A DNA stretch of 64,000 nt from Eubacteriales bacterium (GTDB lineage: Bacteria; Bacillota; Clostridia; Oscillospirales; CAG-272), in assembly GCA_045538895.1 (NCBI GenBank), contig JAZQEH010000080.1:13491-77490 (forward strand), in the 5' to 3' direction. A program made the position numbers and the translations under genes. The notes under the pieces are model-generated. The model worked only from the letters and a program-made list of their open reading frames with translations. It had not been told where the DNA came from and searched no databases. This document shows positions 9,980 to 18,976 of this stretch, piece after piece; within the stretch, counting starts at the first letter, position 1, and every line of letters begins with the position of its first letter.

Positions 9980-11416
9980 TTATTTACCGTACTTTTCTGC
10001 AAAAGCCTTGATTGCTTTTTCAAAGCAAAGCATAGGAACTCTCGCACTACCTGCACCGATAAGACCGCCCTCTCTATGGAACATACCGCCGTGAATTTCG
10101 GGGGAAATGCCGGTTTCGATAACCTTACGGATATCAATACCTACAGGGAGGAAGTCAAAATCGAGGTTAGGCACGGAGAATGCCGGATTCTTGGAAATAC
10201 AGATCTTTTCCATCTCACGGGTAAGAGCAATACCGTCCTTAAGCTTGAGACCACGAAGGCTCATAACGATAGGAGCTGCACATGCTGCAAGACCGCCCAT
10301 ACCTGCACACTCAACTACGCAGCTATCGCCCTTCCAGGGAAGCTGGTCAGCATCGGTGAACTTGGTGGAGGTGTAAAGACCCTTCATCATAGGAGCAGGA
10401 GCAGTAAACCACTCGTTTTCGCCCATACCTGCAACCTTGATACCGAATGTTACACCGTTACCGCAGATAGCAGTAACCATGGTGGAATAAGGAGTATTGA
10501 TTGCGCTGAGCATAGCCGCACGGCTCGCACCCTGACCGATACAGTGGAAGAAACGGGGAGTTTCAACAATGTAGTCAAGGGTGTCAAGAAGCTGTTTGCG
10601 GTCGAAGCCCTCGAGCTTGAAGAGTTCGGGAAGAATCTTCTTATCGAAGAGGAGGTCAGCCGCAGACTGACGGGTGTGGTTTTCGTCACCCATTACAAAG
10701 CTTTCAGCAAGAATGGGCTTAATGGGAAGACCGCCCATCTGCTTGATAGCAGCCTTCATTACGGGGAAGAAGTAATCCTTCATCTTGCGGAGATAGTCGG
10801 CAATAACCTCGGAGTAAAGACCCCAGCCGCAGAAACCGCCCTGGTTAGGTCCTTCTGCGGGGAAGTTTGCAGAAATCTTGCCGGTTCTTCTATCTTCGAT
10901 AATGAACATTGCAACGCTCTTGGTGATGATACCGGTACCTGCACCAACGGTGTTGGTGTCAAGTGCACTCAGGAGCTTAATCTTACCGGATTCGATAAGC
11001 TTGATAGCATCCTCATCAGTTTCAGCCCAGTGCTCAAAACGGCAAGCAGAAACAAGACCGCGGCGATGAAGCATAGTCATGTCTTCATAAGCAATCGGAG
11101 GACCGGAGTGAATAACGGTGTAATCATCAAGGCCTTCGATAACTTCGCCTGCAGGAATGATGTCTACGAGATAAGGCTCGGAGTCGATAATGCAGTGAAC
11201 TGCCTTATCGTTTGCCGCATCAATCTTTTCTCTGATTTCGGGTGAGGAAATCTTATTGAGTGCATCAAGCACTTCAGCACTCTGCTTTACAGGAGGCTTC
11301 CAGTCGATCTGAGTGGCTTTTACATCCTGTGCTACGAGAGCATCGTAGAAGAACTGTGTACCAATGTTAATGACCTTAAGGTCACTCTTATATGTCTTTT
11401 CTGCCACTAAACTCAA
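9980..11416 (-). CDS. DUF1116 family protein (YahG/YlbE-like), divergent
   Basis: VINIG..DWKPP N-terminus as in YahG, IHSGPPI, MGDENH, NGVTFGIKVAG, WFTAPA, GDS, GIDIRKVIETGI, IGAG, CFEKA; 4-nt overlap with fdrA. Confidence 0.85.
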   Translation of the reverse strand: MSLVAEKTYKSDLKVINIGTQFFYDALVAQDVKATQIDWKPPVKQSAEVLDALNKISSPEIREKIDAANDKAVHCIIDSEPYLVDIIPAGEVIEGLDDYTVIHSGPPIAYEDMTMLHRRGLVSACRFEHWAETDEDAIKLIESGKIKLLSALDTNTVGAGTGIITKSVAMFIIEDRRTGKISANFPAEGPNQGGFCGWGLYSEVIADYLRKMKDYFFPVMKAAIKQMGGLPIKPILAESFVMGDENHTRQSAADLLFDKKILPELFKLEGFDRKQLLDTLDYIVETPRFFHCIGQGASRAAMLSAINTPYSTMVTAICGNGVTFGIKVAGMGENEWFTAPAPMMKGLYTSTKFTDADQLPWKGDSCVVECAGMGGLAACAAPIVMSLRGLKLKDGIALTREMEKICISKNPAFSVPNLDFDFLPVGIDIRKVIETGISPEIHGGMFHREGGLIGAGSARVPMLCFEKAIKAFAEKYGK

Positions 11417-12945
11417 CCCCTTTCTTCAAGAGCTGCAAGGAATGCACTTGCAAGCTTTGTGCTTTCATAGTTACTTCTGGTTACGATAACGCCTGCATCA
11501 GCGAGCATCTTCTCTGCTGCGAGGGTATCCTGAGGGTCTTCGAGAGAACCGCAAACGTTGGAGATAAAGATGAGGTTGCTGCCTGCATCCTTAAGTGCCT
11601 TGCACTCGTTAGCGAAAGGAGTTACGGGGTCAGCCGCAACACCGGGGCCCATGATAAAGTCCATGGTTACAACTGCAACAGTGGGGTCTGCAATTTCTTT
11701 CTTAAGACGCTTAAGCTTAAGAATAGGATCGAATACGGGGTGAGGAGCTTCTGCGGTGAAGTCCTCTGCACCGAGGTCGAGTATGCAGTGACCAACGCTT
11801 ACGTCGTGGTCGGGAATCTGTGTAGAATACTTGGTATTGAGGTTGGAATTGAGTTTAACACCCTTGTTGTGCTTGGTGTAGTAGATCATGCCTTCCTCAG
11901 TAAAGGTACCGCCGCTGAAAAGACCGCGAACATACTTCTGCTCGTGGCGAAGTGCTGCAACCTTTTCTTTAACCATAGCATCAATTTCTGCATCGGTATA
12001 GCCCATTTCGGGAGCCTTGCCTGTGCAGAGTTCAACAGCCTTTCTTGCAGCCTCTTCAAGGCTGAAAGTACCGTGAACGTTGTGTCCCTCGTAGAGCTTT
12101 TCGTCAGCACCGAGGAAGATAGCAACAACAGGCTTTGTAAGACGGTCAGCAACACCGAGTACCTTTGCCATAACGTCGAGGTTTGCAAGCTTGGAAACAA
12201 GAACGATTACCTTTGTTTCGGGATCGTCTTCGAGCTTACGCATACCTGCGAGCATGGTGATACCGCCGATTTCGGGGAGAAGGTCATGACCGCCGGTACC
12301 GATGATAGAAGAAACACCGAGACCAAGACGCTCAACGATGCAGGAAACTTCCTGACAACCTGAGCCGGATGCACCTACGATGCCTACGGGGCCGGGACGA
12401 ACGATGGAGCCCGCACCAAGAGCAACGCCCTTGATAAGACCTACACCGCAGTCAGGACCCATAACGAGTCTGCCCTTTTCGGAGCCGTACTTCTTAAGGT
12501 CAGCCTCTTCTTCAAGAGATACGTTATCACTGAAGATAAATACATCGAGTCCCATGGAGAGTGCTCTCTTTGCTTCTGCATGAGCATACTCGCCGGGGAG
12601 AGAAATCTGTACAAGGTCATATTCGTCCTCACGGAGGTCGATCTCCGAAAGGCTCTTATAAGATACGCTGCCATCGCCCTCTTTGTGGTCGATAAGATCA
12701 CGCATTGTCTTCATGGCAGCTTCTGCCTGTTCCTCTGTATCCGCAGTTACAGCCATGATAAGGTCATTGGGAGTAACTTCGGGGATATCGTAACCAAGGT
12801 CATCAATAAGCACTTCAAGGTTTGCAGGAGTACCCATGCCGCTTTCAGCATTGGTAACGCCGTCAAGCTTCATAACCTTGGCACTTACAGCCATAAGAGA
12901 AACAGAGTCAACATAACGGTTTGCAATAACAACAACCTTTTTCAT
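11413..12945 (-). CDS. fdrA: FdrA/YahF family protein (acyl-CoA synthetase-like)
   Basis: YVDSVSLM, MGTPANL, ISLPGEYA, FSDNV, VMGPDCG, GASGSG, IGTGG, GLFSGGT, LDLGAEDFT, PHPVFDP. Confidence 0.85.
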   Translation of the reverse strand: MKKVVVIANRYVDSVSLMAVSAKVMKLDGVTNAESGMGTPANLEVLIDDLGYDIPEVTPNDLIMAVTADTEEQAEAAMKTMRDLIDHKEGDGSVSYKSLSEIDLREDEYDLVQISLPGEYAHAEAKRALSMGLDVFIFSDNVSLEEEADLKKYGSEKGRLVMGPDCGVGLIKGVALGAGSIVRPGPVGIVGASGSGCQEVSCIVERLGLGVSSIIGTGGHDLLPEIGGITMLAGMRKLEDDPETKVIVLVSKLANLDVMAKVLGVADRLTKPVVAIFLGADEKLYEGHNVHGTFSLEEAARKAVELCTGKAPEMGYTDAEIDAMVKEKVAALRHEQKYVRGLFSGGTFTEEGMIYYTKHNKGVKLNSNLNTKYSTQIPDHDVSVGHCILDLGAEDFTAEAPHPVFDPILKLKRLKKEIADPTVAVVTMDFIMGPGVAADPVTPFANECKALKDAGSNLIFISNVCGSLEDPQDTLAAEKMLADAGVIVTRSNYESTKLASAFLAALEERG

Positions 12946-12968
12946 TTATGTTTATTCCCTTCTTATTT

Positions 12969-14606
12969 TTAAATTGATTCCTTGAGCACCACTGTGCCTT
13001 CGGGAGTATTGCGGATAACTACACGGTACTTCTCTTTTCCCTCTTCCTCATGATCGGTGCGGACATGGCAACCGCAGGTTTCCTTGCGTGCGTCTGCACT
13101 GAGTGCAAGCAGGAACGTAGTCTGAAGATCGTTTACAAGACGGATAGTTTCAAAAGAAAGCTCTTCGGAAATACCCTCCATAGAGGAGTTGTCAAGCTCT
13201 TCGAGAAGGTCACCGATTTCGTTAATAGCCTCCTCAAGCTCATCGCCTGTGCGGAGAACGTTAAGCTTTTCGGAAAGAACCTTCTGCATCTTCAAACGTA
13301 TGGTGTCAAGCTGTTCTTTAGTAACAACTGTATCACCAGAAAGAGAGAGAGTATCGTCTACGAAATCCTCTGCATCGTCATCGGTAACGGTAACCTTTTC
13401 AGCCTTTGCAAGATAATCTGCAACGCTTTCACCGGCAATTCTGCCGAATACCATTGTTTCAAGACCTGCGTTACCGCCAAGACGGTTTGCACCGTGAAGA
13501 CCACCGATGATCTCACCGCAAGCATAAAGCCCCTCAATACCGCTGAAGCAGTTTTCATCAACAGCAATACCGCCAAGCGAGGTGTGAGGTGCGGGAGCAA
13601 TCTCAAATGGAGTGGTTGCAATGTCGATACCGACATCGCTGTAACGCTTTACATAGGAATCGTACTGTTCGTTAAGACGTTCACGGCCTACGCCACGGCA
13701 GTCAAAGAATACACCGCCGTTTTCGGTACCGCGACCTTCCTTAATCTCCTTAAATATGTATCTCGACTGAACGTCCTTGTTTACGCACTCGCCGGCTTCG
13801 CCGTACTGGAGCATGAAACGCTCGCCAAGTGTGTTGCGAAGAACTGCGCCCTCGTAGTACATCGTTGTGATAACGCTCTTGCCGCGGATTGCCTTAGGAG
13901 CAACTGCAGCAGAGGGCTCAAACTGTACAAACTCAAGGTCGCAAAGGTCAGCACCAACTGAGAACGACATTGCAATGCCGTCGCCGCCGATATCCGACAT
14001 ATTAGTGGAGAAAGGATAGATATTGCAGAAGCCGCCGCACGCAAGTACAACCGCATTTGCAATAATCAATGTATATTTCTTTTCGTTAATCTGATAGGTG
14101 AGTGCACCGCAAACACGTCCGTCAATGCGAAGAAGACGAAGTGCGCGGGTGTCCTTAAGCGAAGAAATATTTTCATTTTTCGCAAACTCATCACGGATAG
14201 CGTTCATAATAGCAACGCCGGTGTGGTTACCAACGCTCGCTACACGGGGATGAGAAGCACCGAGAGGACGGAGAAGCGAATACTCGCCGTCCTTGCGATT
14301 GAACTCGATGCCGAGCTCCTCAAGGATGGGGCGAAGCTCTACAGAACCGTCGCAAAGTGCCTTTGCAAGTTCCTTCTTGCTTTGCTCACGTCCGCCTACG
14401 AATGTATCTTCGAAAAAGCTTTCCATGGAGTCATCCTTGTGGAGCATCATGTTAAAGCCATGTACATACGGAGAAGCACCGAGACCGTTACCTATCATAA
14501 GAATTTTTGCATCAGGAAGTTTTTTTGTAAGACTGCGTGCCGCCATAAGTCCGGAAAGACCGGTACCGATAATGAGGGCATCAGTATTAAGAACAGAATA
14601 GTTCAC
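12969..14606 (-). CDS. FAD-dependent oxidoreductase of the NadB/SdhA/FrdA flavoprotein family, substrate unknown
   Basis: GTGLSG, LACGG, GDG, EFVQFEPS, GERFM, HTSLGG, ACGE, GLHGANRLGGN, RKETCGCHVRTD; no Fe-S partner gene adjacent. Confidence 0.8.
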   Translation of the reverse strand: MNYSVLNTDALIIGTGLSGLMAARSLTKKLPDAKILMIGNGLGASPYVHGFNMMLHKDDSMESFFEDTFVGGREQSKKELAKALCDGSVELRPILEELGIEFNRKDGEYSLLRPLGASHPRVASVGNHTGVAIMNAIRDEFAKNENISSLKDTRALRLLRIDGRVCGALTYQINEKKYTLIIANAVVLACGGFCNIYPFSTNMSDIGGDGIAMSFSVGADLCDLEFVQFEPSAAVAPKAIRGKSVITTMYYEGAVLRNTLGERFMLQYGEAGECVNKDVQSRYIFKEIKEGRGTENGGVFFDCRGVGRERLNEQYDSYVKRYSDVGIDIATTPFEIAPAPHTSLGGIAVDENCFSGIEGLYACGEIIGGLHGANRLGGNAGLETMVFGRIAGESVADYLAKAEKVTVTDDDAEDFVDDTLSLSGDTVVTKEQLDTIRLKMQKVLSEKLNVLRTGDELEEAINEIGDLLEELDNSSMEGISEELSFETIRLVNDLQTTFLLALSADARKETCGCHVRTDHEEEGKEKYRVVIRNTPEGTVVLKESI

Positions 14607-14640
14607 TTTTGTGAATTTCCTTTCTTTAATTAAGCCGATA

Positions 14641-14664
14641 TTGCGGCTCCTTTCGGAGCCGCAA
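14641..14664. other. Intergenic GC-rich hairpin without a clear U tract (possible mRNA-stabilising or processing stem)
   Basis: ttgcggctcc-tttc-ggagccgcaa between the dehydratase and flavoprotein genes. Confidence 0.5.
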
Positions 14665-14681
14665 CACGGTAGTTTGAAATT

Positions 14682-16370
14682 TTAGCAATCCCAAACGCAA
14701 CCCTGTGCCATAGAGCCAACGTTCTTAACAAAGAGACGGAGGAATCTGTGGTAGTTGTTTGCGGGGAATTCCCAATGGAACTTGGAAAGACGGTCATTAA
14801 GCTCTTCATCAGAGATGCAGAGAGTGATGTTACGGTTAGGAATGTCGATGGAGATTTCATCGCCGTCTTCGATTACGCCGAGAGGTCCGCCGAGAGCTGC
14901 TTCAGGAGATACGTAACCAACAGAAAGACCGGAAGTACCGCCGGAGAAACGGCCGTCGGTGATAATTGCGCAAGAATTGAAGAGTTCGGGATGGCCCTTG
15001 AGCTCTTCCTGGAAGGTGAATGCGGTTGTACCGAAACGAGCCTTCATACCGAGGAAACGAACTACGCAAGCATCGCCGGGCTGAATCTTGCCGTTACGGA
15101 GTGCTTCGAGGGACTCATCGAGAGAGTTGAATACCTTTGCCTTGCCCTTGTAGGTCATGAGGTTTGCAGGAACTGCTGCGATCTTGATCATTGCGCCTTC
15201 GGGAGCGAGGTTACCGTAAAGAACGCCGATACCGGGCTCGGTCATTACGGGGTTGTCAAGAGTACGGATAACGTCGGGGAGGTAAACCTTTGCGTCCTTG
15301 ATGTTTTCTGCCATGGTCTTACCTGTTACGGTCATAACAGAGGTGTCAAGGATGGTTTCCATGTTCTTCATAAGAGCGGTCATACCACCTGCAAGGTCGA
15401 AGTCCTTAACAGAGTACTTATCGCCGGAAGGAGCGAGGTGAGAGAGAAGCGGAACCTGATTGGATGCTTCGTCAAAGTATCTCCACCACTGAATGTGGCC
15501 AAGACCTGCCTCGTTTGCGATTGCGGGGATGTGGAGAATGAGGTTGGTAGAACCTGCAACTGCCATATCAATCTTAATTGCGTTCTTAACTGCTGCTTCA
15601 GTAATAATCTGACGTGCAGTGATACCCTCGTCAACGAGCTTCATGATCTGCTTACCAGCCTTGTAAGCCATGAGGTAAAGCTGGCTGCTTACTGCGCAAG
15701 TAGAAGAGTTATTGGGAAGAGTCATACCAAGTGCTTCTGCAATCATGCACATGGAGTTAGCAGTGGTCATAGATGTACAACCGCCGCAAATACCCCAGGA
15801 CTGCTCGATAAGGCCGTTGTAAACGTCCATGTCGATCATGCCCTTAGCTGCTGCGCCTACCTTATCCTGAGCGTGGATATGTACAACTTCCTTACCCTTG
15901 TGGATACCGAGAGGCATGTAACCACCGGTAACAATGATTGAAGGAATGTCAAGACGTGCACAAGCCATGAGGTAACCGGGAACGATGGAGTCACATGTGC
16001 AGAGGAGAACCATACCGTCGAAGAAGTTGCCTTCAACAGTCATTTCTACCTGGTCGGCAATGGAGTTACGGGAAGGAACCTCGATGTACTTAGGATCCTT
16101 AAGTACCATACCGTCACAGATACCGGTGGTCATAACTTCGAGAGGAAGACCGCCTTCTTCACGGATACCGTGCTTAACTCTTTCAGCAACCTTGTCAAGG
16201 TGTACGTGACCGGGGTTGTATTCGTTCCAGGAGTTAACTACACCGATAAGAGGTCTGTCGATCTCTTCCTTGGAGTAACCCATACCGTACATAAGGCCGC
16301 GGCGGCATTCTTCTGCTTCGCCGAATTCCCAGCAGCTTCTCATGTCTTCATACTTTTTCTTAAGTAACAT
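14682..16370 (-). CDS. IlvD/Edd family Fe-S dehydratase, atypical
   Basis: RPLIGVVNSW, PGHVHL, CDG, SRNSIAD, TANSM, EALGMTLP, GSTNLILH, GNLAPEGA, TDGRFSG, VSPEAA. Confidence 0.9.
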   Translation of the reverse strand: MLLKKKYEDMRSCWEFGEAEECRRGLMYGMGYSKEEIDRPLIGVVNSWNEYNPGHVHLDKVAERVKHGIREEGGLPLEVMTTGICDGMVLKDPKYIEVPSRNSIADQVEMTVEGNFFDGMVLLCTCDSIVPGYLMACARLDIPSIIVTGGYMPLGIHKGKEVVHIHAQDKVGAAAKGMIDMDVYNGLIEQSWGICGGCTSMTTANSMCMIAEALGMTLPNNSSTCAVSSQLYLMAYKAGKQIMKLVDEGITARQIITEAAVKNAIKIDMAVAGSTNLILHIPAIANEAGLGHIQWWRYFDEASNQVPLLSHLAPSGDKYSVKDFDLAGGMTALMKNMETILDTSVMTVTGKTMAENIKDAKVYLPDVIRTLDNPVMTEPGIGVLYGNLAPEGAMIKIAAVPANLMTYKGKAKVFNSLDESLEALRNGKIQPGDACVVRFLGMKARFGTTAFTFQEELKGHPELFNSCAIITDGRFSGGTSGLSVGYVSPEAALGGPLGVIEDGDEISIDIPNRNITLCISDEELNDRLSKFHWEFPANNYHRFLRLFVKNVGSMAQGCVWDC

Positions 16371-16397
16371 TGCTTTATTCTCCTTATAATTTAATAA

Positions 16398-17264
16398 TTA
16401 GTCAAGTGTGTATTTGGTTGCAGGAGTATAATAATTCTCCATGTCAGCCTTGAACTGATATGCGTTTACGGGATTACCGTCGTCAAGCATCTTGTCGATA
16501 GCACCGTCTACAGACTGACCACCGTCGATAACGATGGTTTCACCAACGATAAAGCGATTGGTTTCGTTGTTGGTGAGGAAAAGAATCATAGGAACGATAT
16601 CGTCGGTGTTACCGAGATAGCCTGCAGGAATCTTACGGAGGAAGCCCTTTTCAAGGTCGCTCTGGTCATAACGGTCGGTAGCCTTTGTTGCAATGAAACC
16701 GGGAGCGATGCAGTTTACGTGGATACCGTAGTGAATTGCTTCGATACCGAGGTTCTTGGTAAGCATATTAAGGCCTGCCTTTGCAGCAGCGTAAGGAAGA
16801 GTCTTTCTTCTTACCCACGGAACGAGAGAGTGAACCGAGCTGATGTTTACAATAGAGCCCTTGATGTTATTCTCGATCATGTTCTTCATTGCGAAGTGAG
16901 AGAAGTATGCGGGAGCATTAAGATTAAGACCGATCTGGCTTTCCCAATACTCAAGGGGCATCTGCTCAAAGCCGCCCTCGGGCATCTTGAGTGCGCCGCC
17001 TGCATTGTTGATGAGTACATCAATAGTGCCAAACTTTTCAAAGAAGTCATTCATCATCTGTTCAACAACTTCTCTCTTAGAGATGTCGCCGCCGAAAATT
17101 TCAGCACGTACACCGTAGGAACGGCACTTTTCTGCAACCTTTTCTGCATCGTCAGGCTTTCTGTTGTAAGTGATACCAACGTTGTCACCGTTCATAGCAA
17201 AAGCGATCGCAGTTGCTGCGCCGATACCGGAAGAAGATCCGGTAACAAGTACATTTCTTGCCAT
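16398..17264 (-). CDS. SDR family NAD(P)-dependent oxidoreductase
   Basis: TGSSSGIG, NNAG, NISS, YAAAK, PGFIAT, DGG; start moved to the ATG after GGAGG. Confidence 0.9.
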   Translation of the reverse strand: MARNVLVTGSSSGIGAATAIAFAMNGDNVGITYNRKPDDAEKVAEKCRSYGVRAEIFGGDISKREVVEQMMNDFFEKFGTIDVLINNAGGALKMPEGGFEQMPLEYWESQIGLNLNAPAYFSHFAMKNMIENNIKGSIVNISSVHSLVPWVRRKTLPYAAAKAGLNMLTKNLGIEAIHYGIHVNCIAPGFIATKATDRYDQSDLEKGFLRKIPAGYLGNTDDIVPMILFLTNNETNRFIVGETIVIDGGQSVDGAIDKMLDDGNPVNAYQFKADMENYYTPATKYTLD

Positions 17265-17300
17265 TTTTGTTTCCTCCAAAGATGATTATATATTTTGTTT

Positions 17301-18170
17301 TTATTTTTCAAGTTCACGGATATGCTCACGCACCGTATATAGCGGCAAGAACATATGCGTCGGCATTACGCCGTCGATGTGTTTTACAAGCTTTTCCGCA
17401 ATTTTCACAATGTCGCTTTCACCGTTATCAAGTTCACTCTTGACAAAATCACCGTATTCGTATGTAAGTCCAAGAGCTTCCTCCAAAAACGATTTCACGT
17501 TTTCCTTACCGCAAACGATATCCCCAACCGGCAAAAACGGATGTCCGAGCACTGCGTTTTCCGCGTTTAAGGAAATGAGTTTTTCCATAGAAGAACGGTA
17601 CTCGGGAAGATACATGTATGCACCGCAGCCCTGCACAAGTGTGCCGTTAAGCTGCACGGAGTCACCGCATACAAGCGTTTTTGTCATGCGGTCATAGATG
17701 CACACAGTATCGCTGTCATGACCGGGAGTTGCGATAAGCTCTACCCTTCCGTCAATCACGTCACCGTCAGAGAGAACACGGTCAACCGCCGTTCCCTCAA
17801 GGCCGTTTGACGGAGGAGGACTGTTTAAAGGGAAAGCCTGTCTGATTTCAATATTGTATTTAAGAGGATCAATAATCTTCGGAACAGAAAGCTCATATGC
17901 CGCAATCTCTTTTATGCCAAGTTCACGGAGGCGTCTGAATCCTCCGATATGGTCGCCGTGAGTATGCGTGCATACAACACATTCAACGTCCGAAAGCGAA
18001 AGTGAGAGAGCCGAGAGTGCAGGAATGATGTATTCGTCCACCTCTTCACGGTTGCCTGCCGCATCAATAAGATAATTCTTATCACCCGTCAGCAGTACAA
18101 CACCCGTAGTAGTGCCGCCATGCGGCACACGAAGCAGATATACGTTTTCACACACTCTCTCGAAACTCAT
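17301..18170 (-). CDS. Metallo-beta-lactamase fold hydrolase (candidate lactonase)
   Basis: THTHGDHIGG, TPGHD, GDSV, LGH metal motifs. Confidence 0.85.
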   Translation of the reverse strand: MSFERVCENVYLLRVPHGGTTTGVVLLTGDKNYLIDAAGNREEVDEYIIPALSALSLSLSDVECVVCTHTHGDHIGGFRRLRELGIKEIAAYELSVPKIIDPLKYNIEIRQAFPLNSPPPSNGLEGTAVDRVLSDGDVIDGRVELIATPGHDSDTVCIYDRMTKTLVCGDSVQLNGTLVQGCGAYMYLPEYRSSMEKLISLNAENAVLGHPFLPVGDIVCGKENVKSFLEEALGLTYEYGDFVKSELDNGESDIVKIAEKLVKHIDGVMPTHMFLPLYTVREHIRELEK

Positions 18171-18188
18171 ATTTACCTCTTTAGCAGA

Positions 18189-18848
18189 TTACTTACGCTT
18201 GCAAGCCTTAACCTTTGCTACAACTGCTGCAGCATGGTTCTTGATTTCTTCGTAGTCGCAGGTGCCCTTGGTGGGGTGAGTGATACCTGTGCCGAGTGCT
18301 ACTGCGTATGCACCGTCATCAAACCACTTTTCGATATTGTTGATATCTACACCGCCAACAGGAATACATCTTGCCTGAGGAAGGGGGCCCATAACTGCCT
18401 TGATAAAGCCAATGCCAACTGCACTTGCAGGGAAAATCTTAACGATATCGCAGCCGTAGTCCATGGCGGTTACGATTTCGGTAAAGGTCTGTACGCCGGG
18501 CATGTAAGCGATGCTGTAACGGTTACAGAGCTTTGCAACTTCGGGACGGAAGTTGGGAGCTATGATGAAGGATGCACCTGCAAGGATACAAGCTCTTGCG
18601 GTCTCAGGGTCGAGAACTGTGCCTGCACCAACGTATGCATCAAGTCCCTTTTCCTTGATTTCCTTTGCGATGGTCTCAATGATATTGAGTGCACCGGGGG
18701 TGGACATGGAAACTTCAAGAATGGTAACGCCGCCGTCCATGATAGCACGGGTACGAACCATTGCTTCTTCTTCACTCTTGTCGCGAACGATACCTACAAG
18801 GCCGTTTGCGTGCATGTTAGCTATAACTTTATGCTTAAGAATATCCAT
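18189..18848 (-). CDS. eda: KDPG/KHG aldolase
   Basis: GIVR, LEVS, VGAGTVLD, PG..TFTE, VKIFPA, PVGGV. Confidence 0.9.
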   Translation of the reverse strand: MDILKHKVIANMHANGLVGIVRDKSEEEAMVRTRAIMDGGVTILEVSMSTPGALNIIETIAKEIKEKGLDAYVGAGTVLDPETARACILAGASFIIAPNFRPEVAKLCNRYSIAYMPGVQTFTEIVTAMDYGCDIVKIFPASAVGIGFIKAVMGPLPQARCIPVGGVDINNIEKWFDDGAYAVALGTGITHPTKGTCDYEEIKNHAAAVVAKVKACKRK

Positions 18849-18892
18849 CTTTTTTACCTCTTTAGATTTAGAAAAAAGTTATTTACAAAGTT

Positions 18893-18974
18893 CAAGCTTG
18901 ACGGTTTCGGCTTGCCGAAATTTGTGCCGGCTGGCACAAAAGCCAAGCTTGCAATGCGAAGGTGCAACCTTCGC
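18893..18974. repeat. Multi-hairpin palindromic intergenic element
   Basis: caagcttg...caagcttg enclosing tttcggc-tt-gccgaaa and tttgtgcc-ggct-ggcacaaa, followed by gcgaaggt-gca-accttcgc. Confidence 0.6.
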
Positions 18975-18976
18975 TA

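Noticed and set aside
12969..16370. Labels nadB/sdhA and ilvD
   Set aside because: Key substrate- and metal-binding motifs are altered and the expected partner genes are absent
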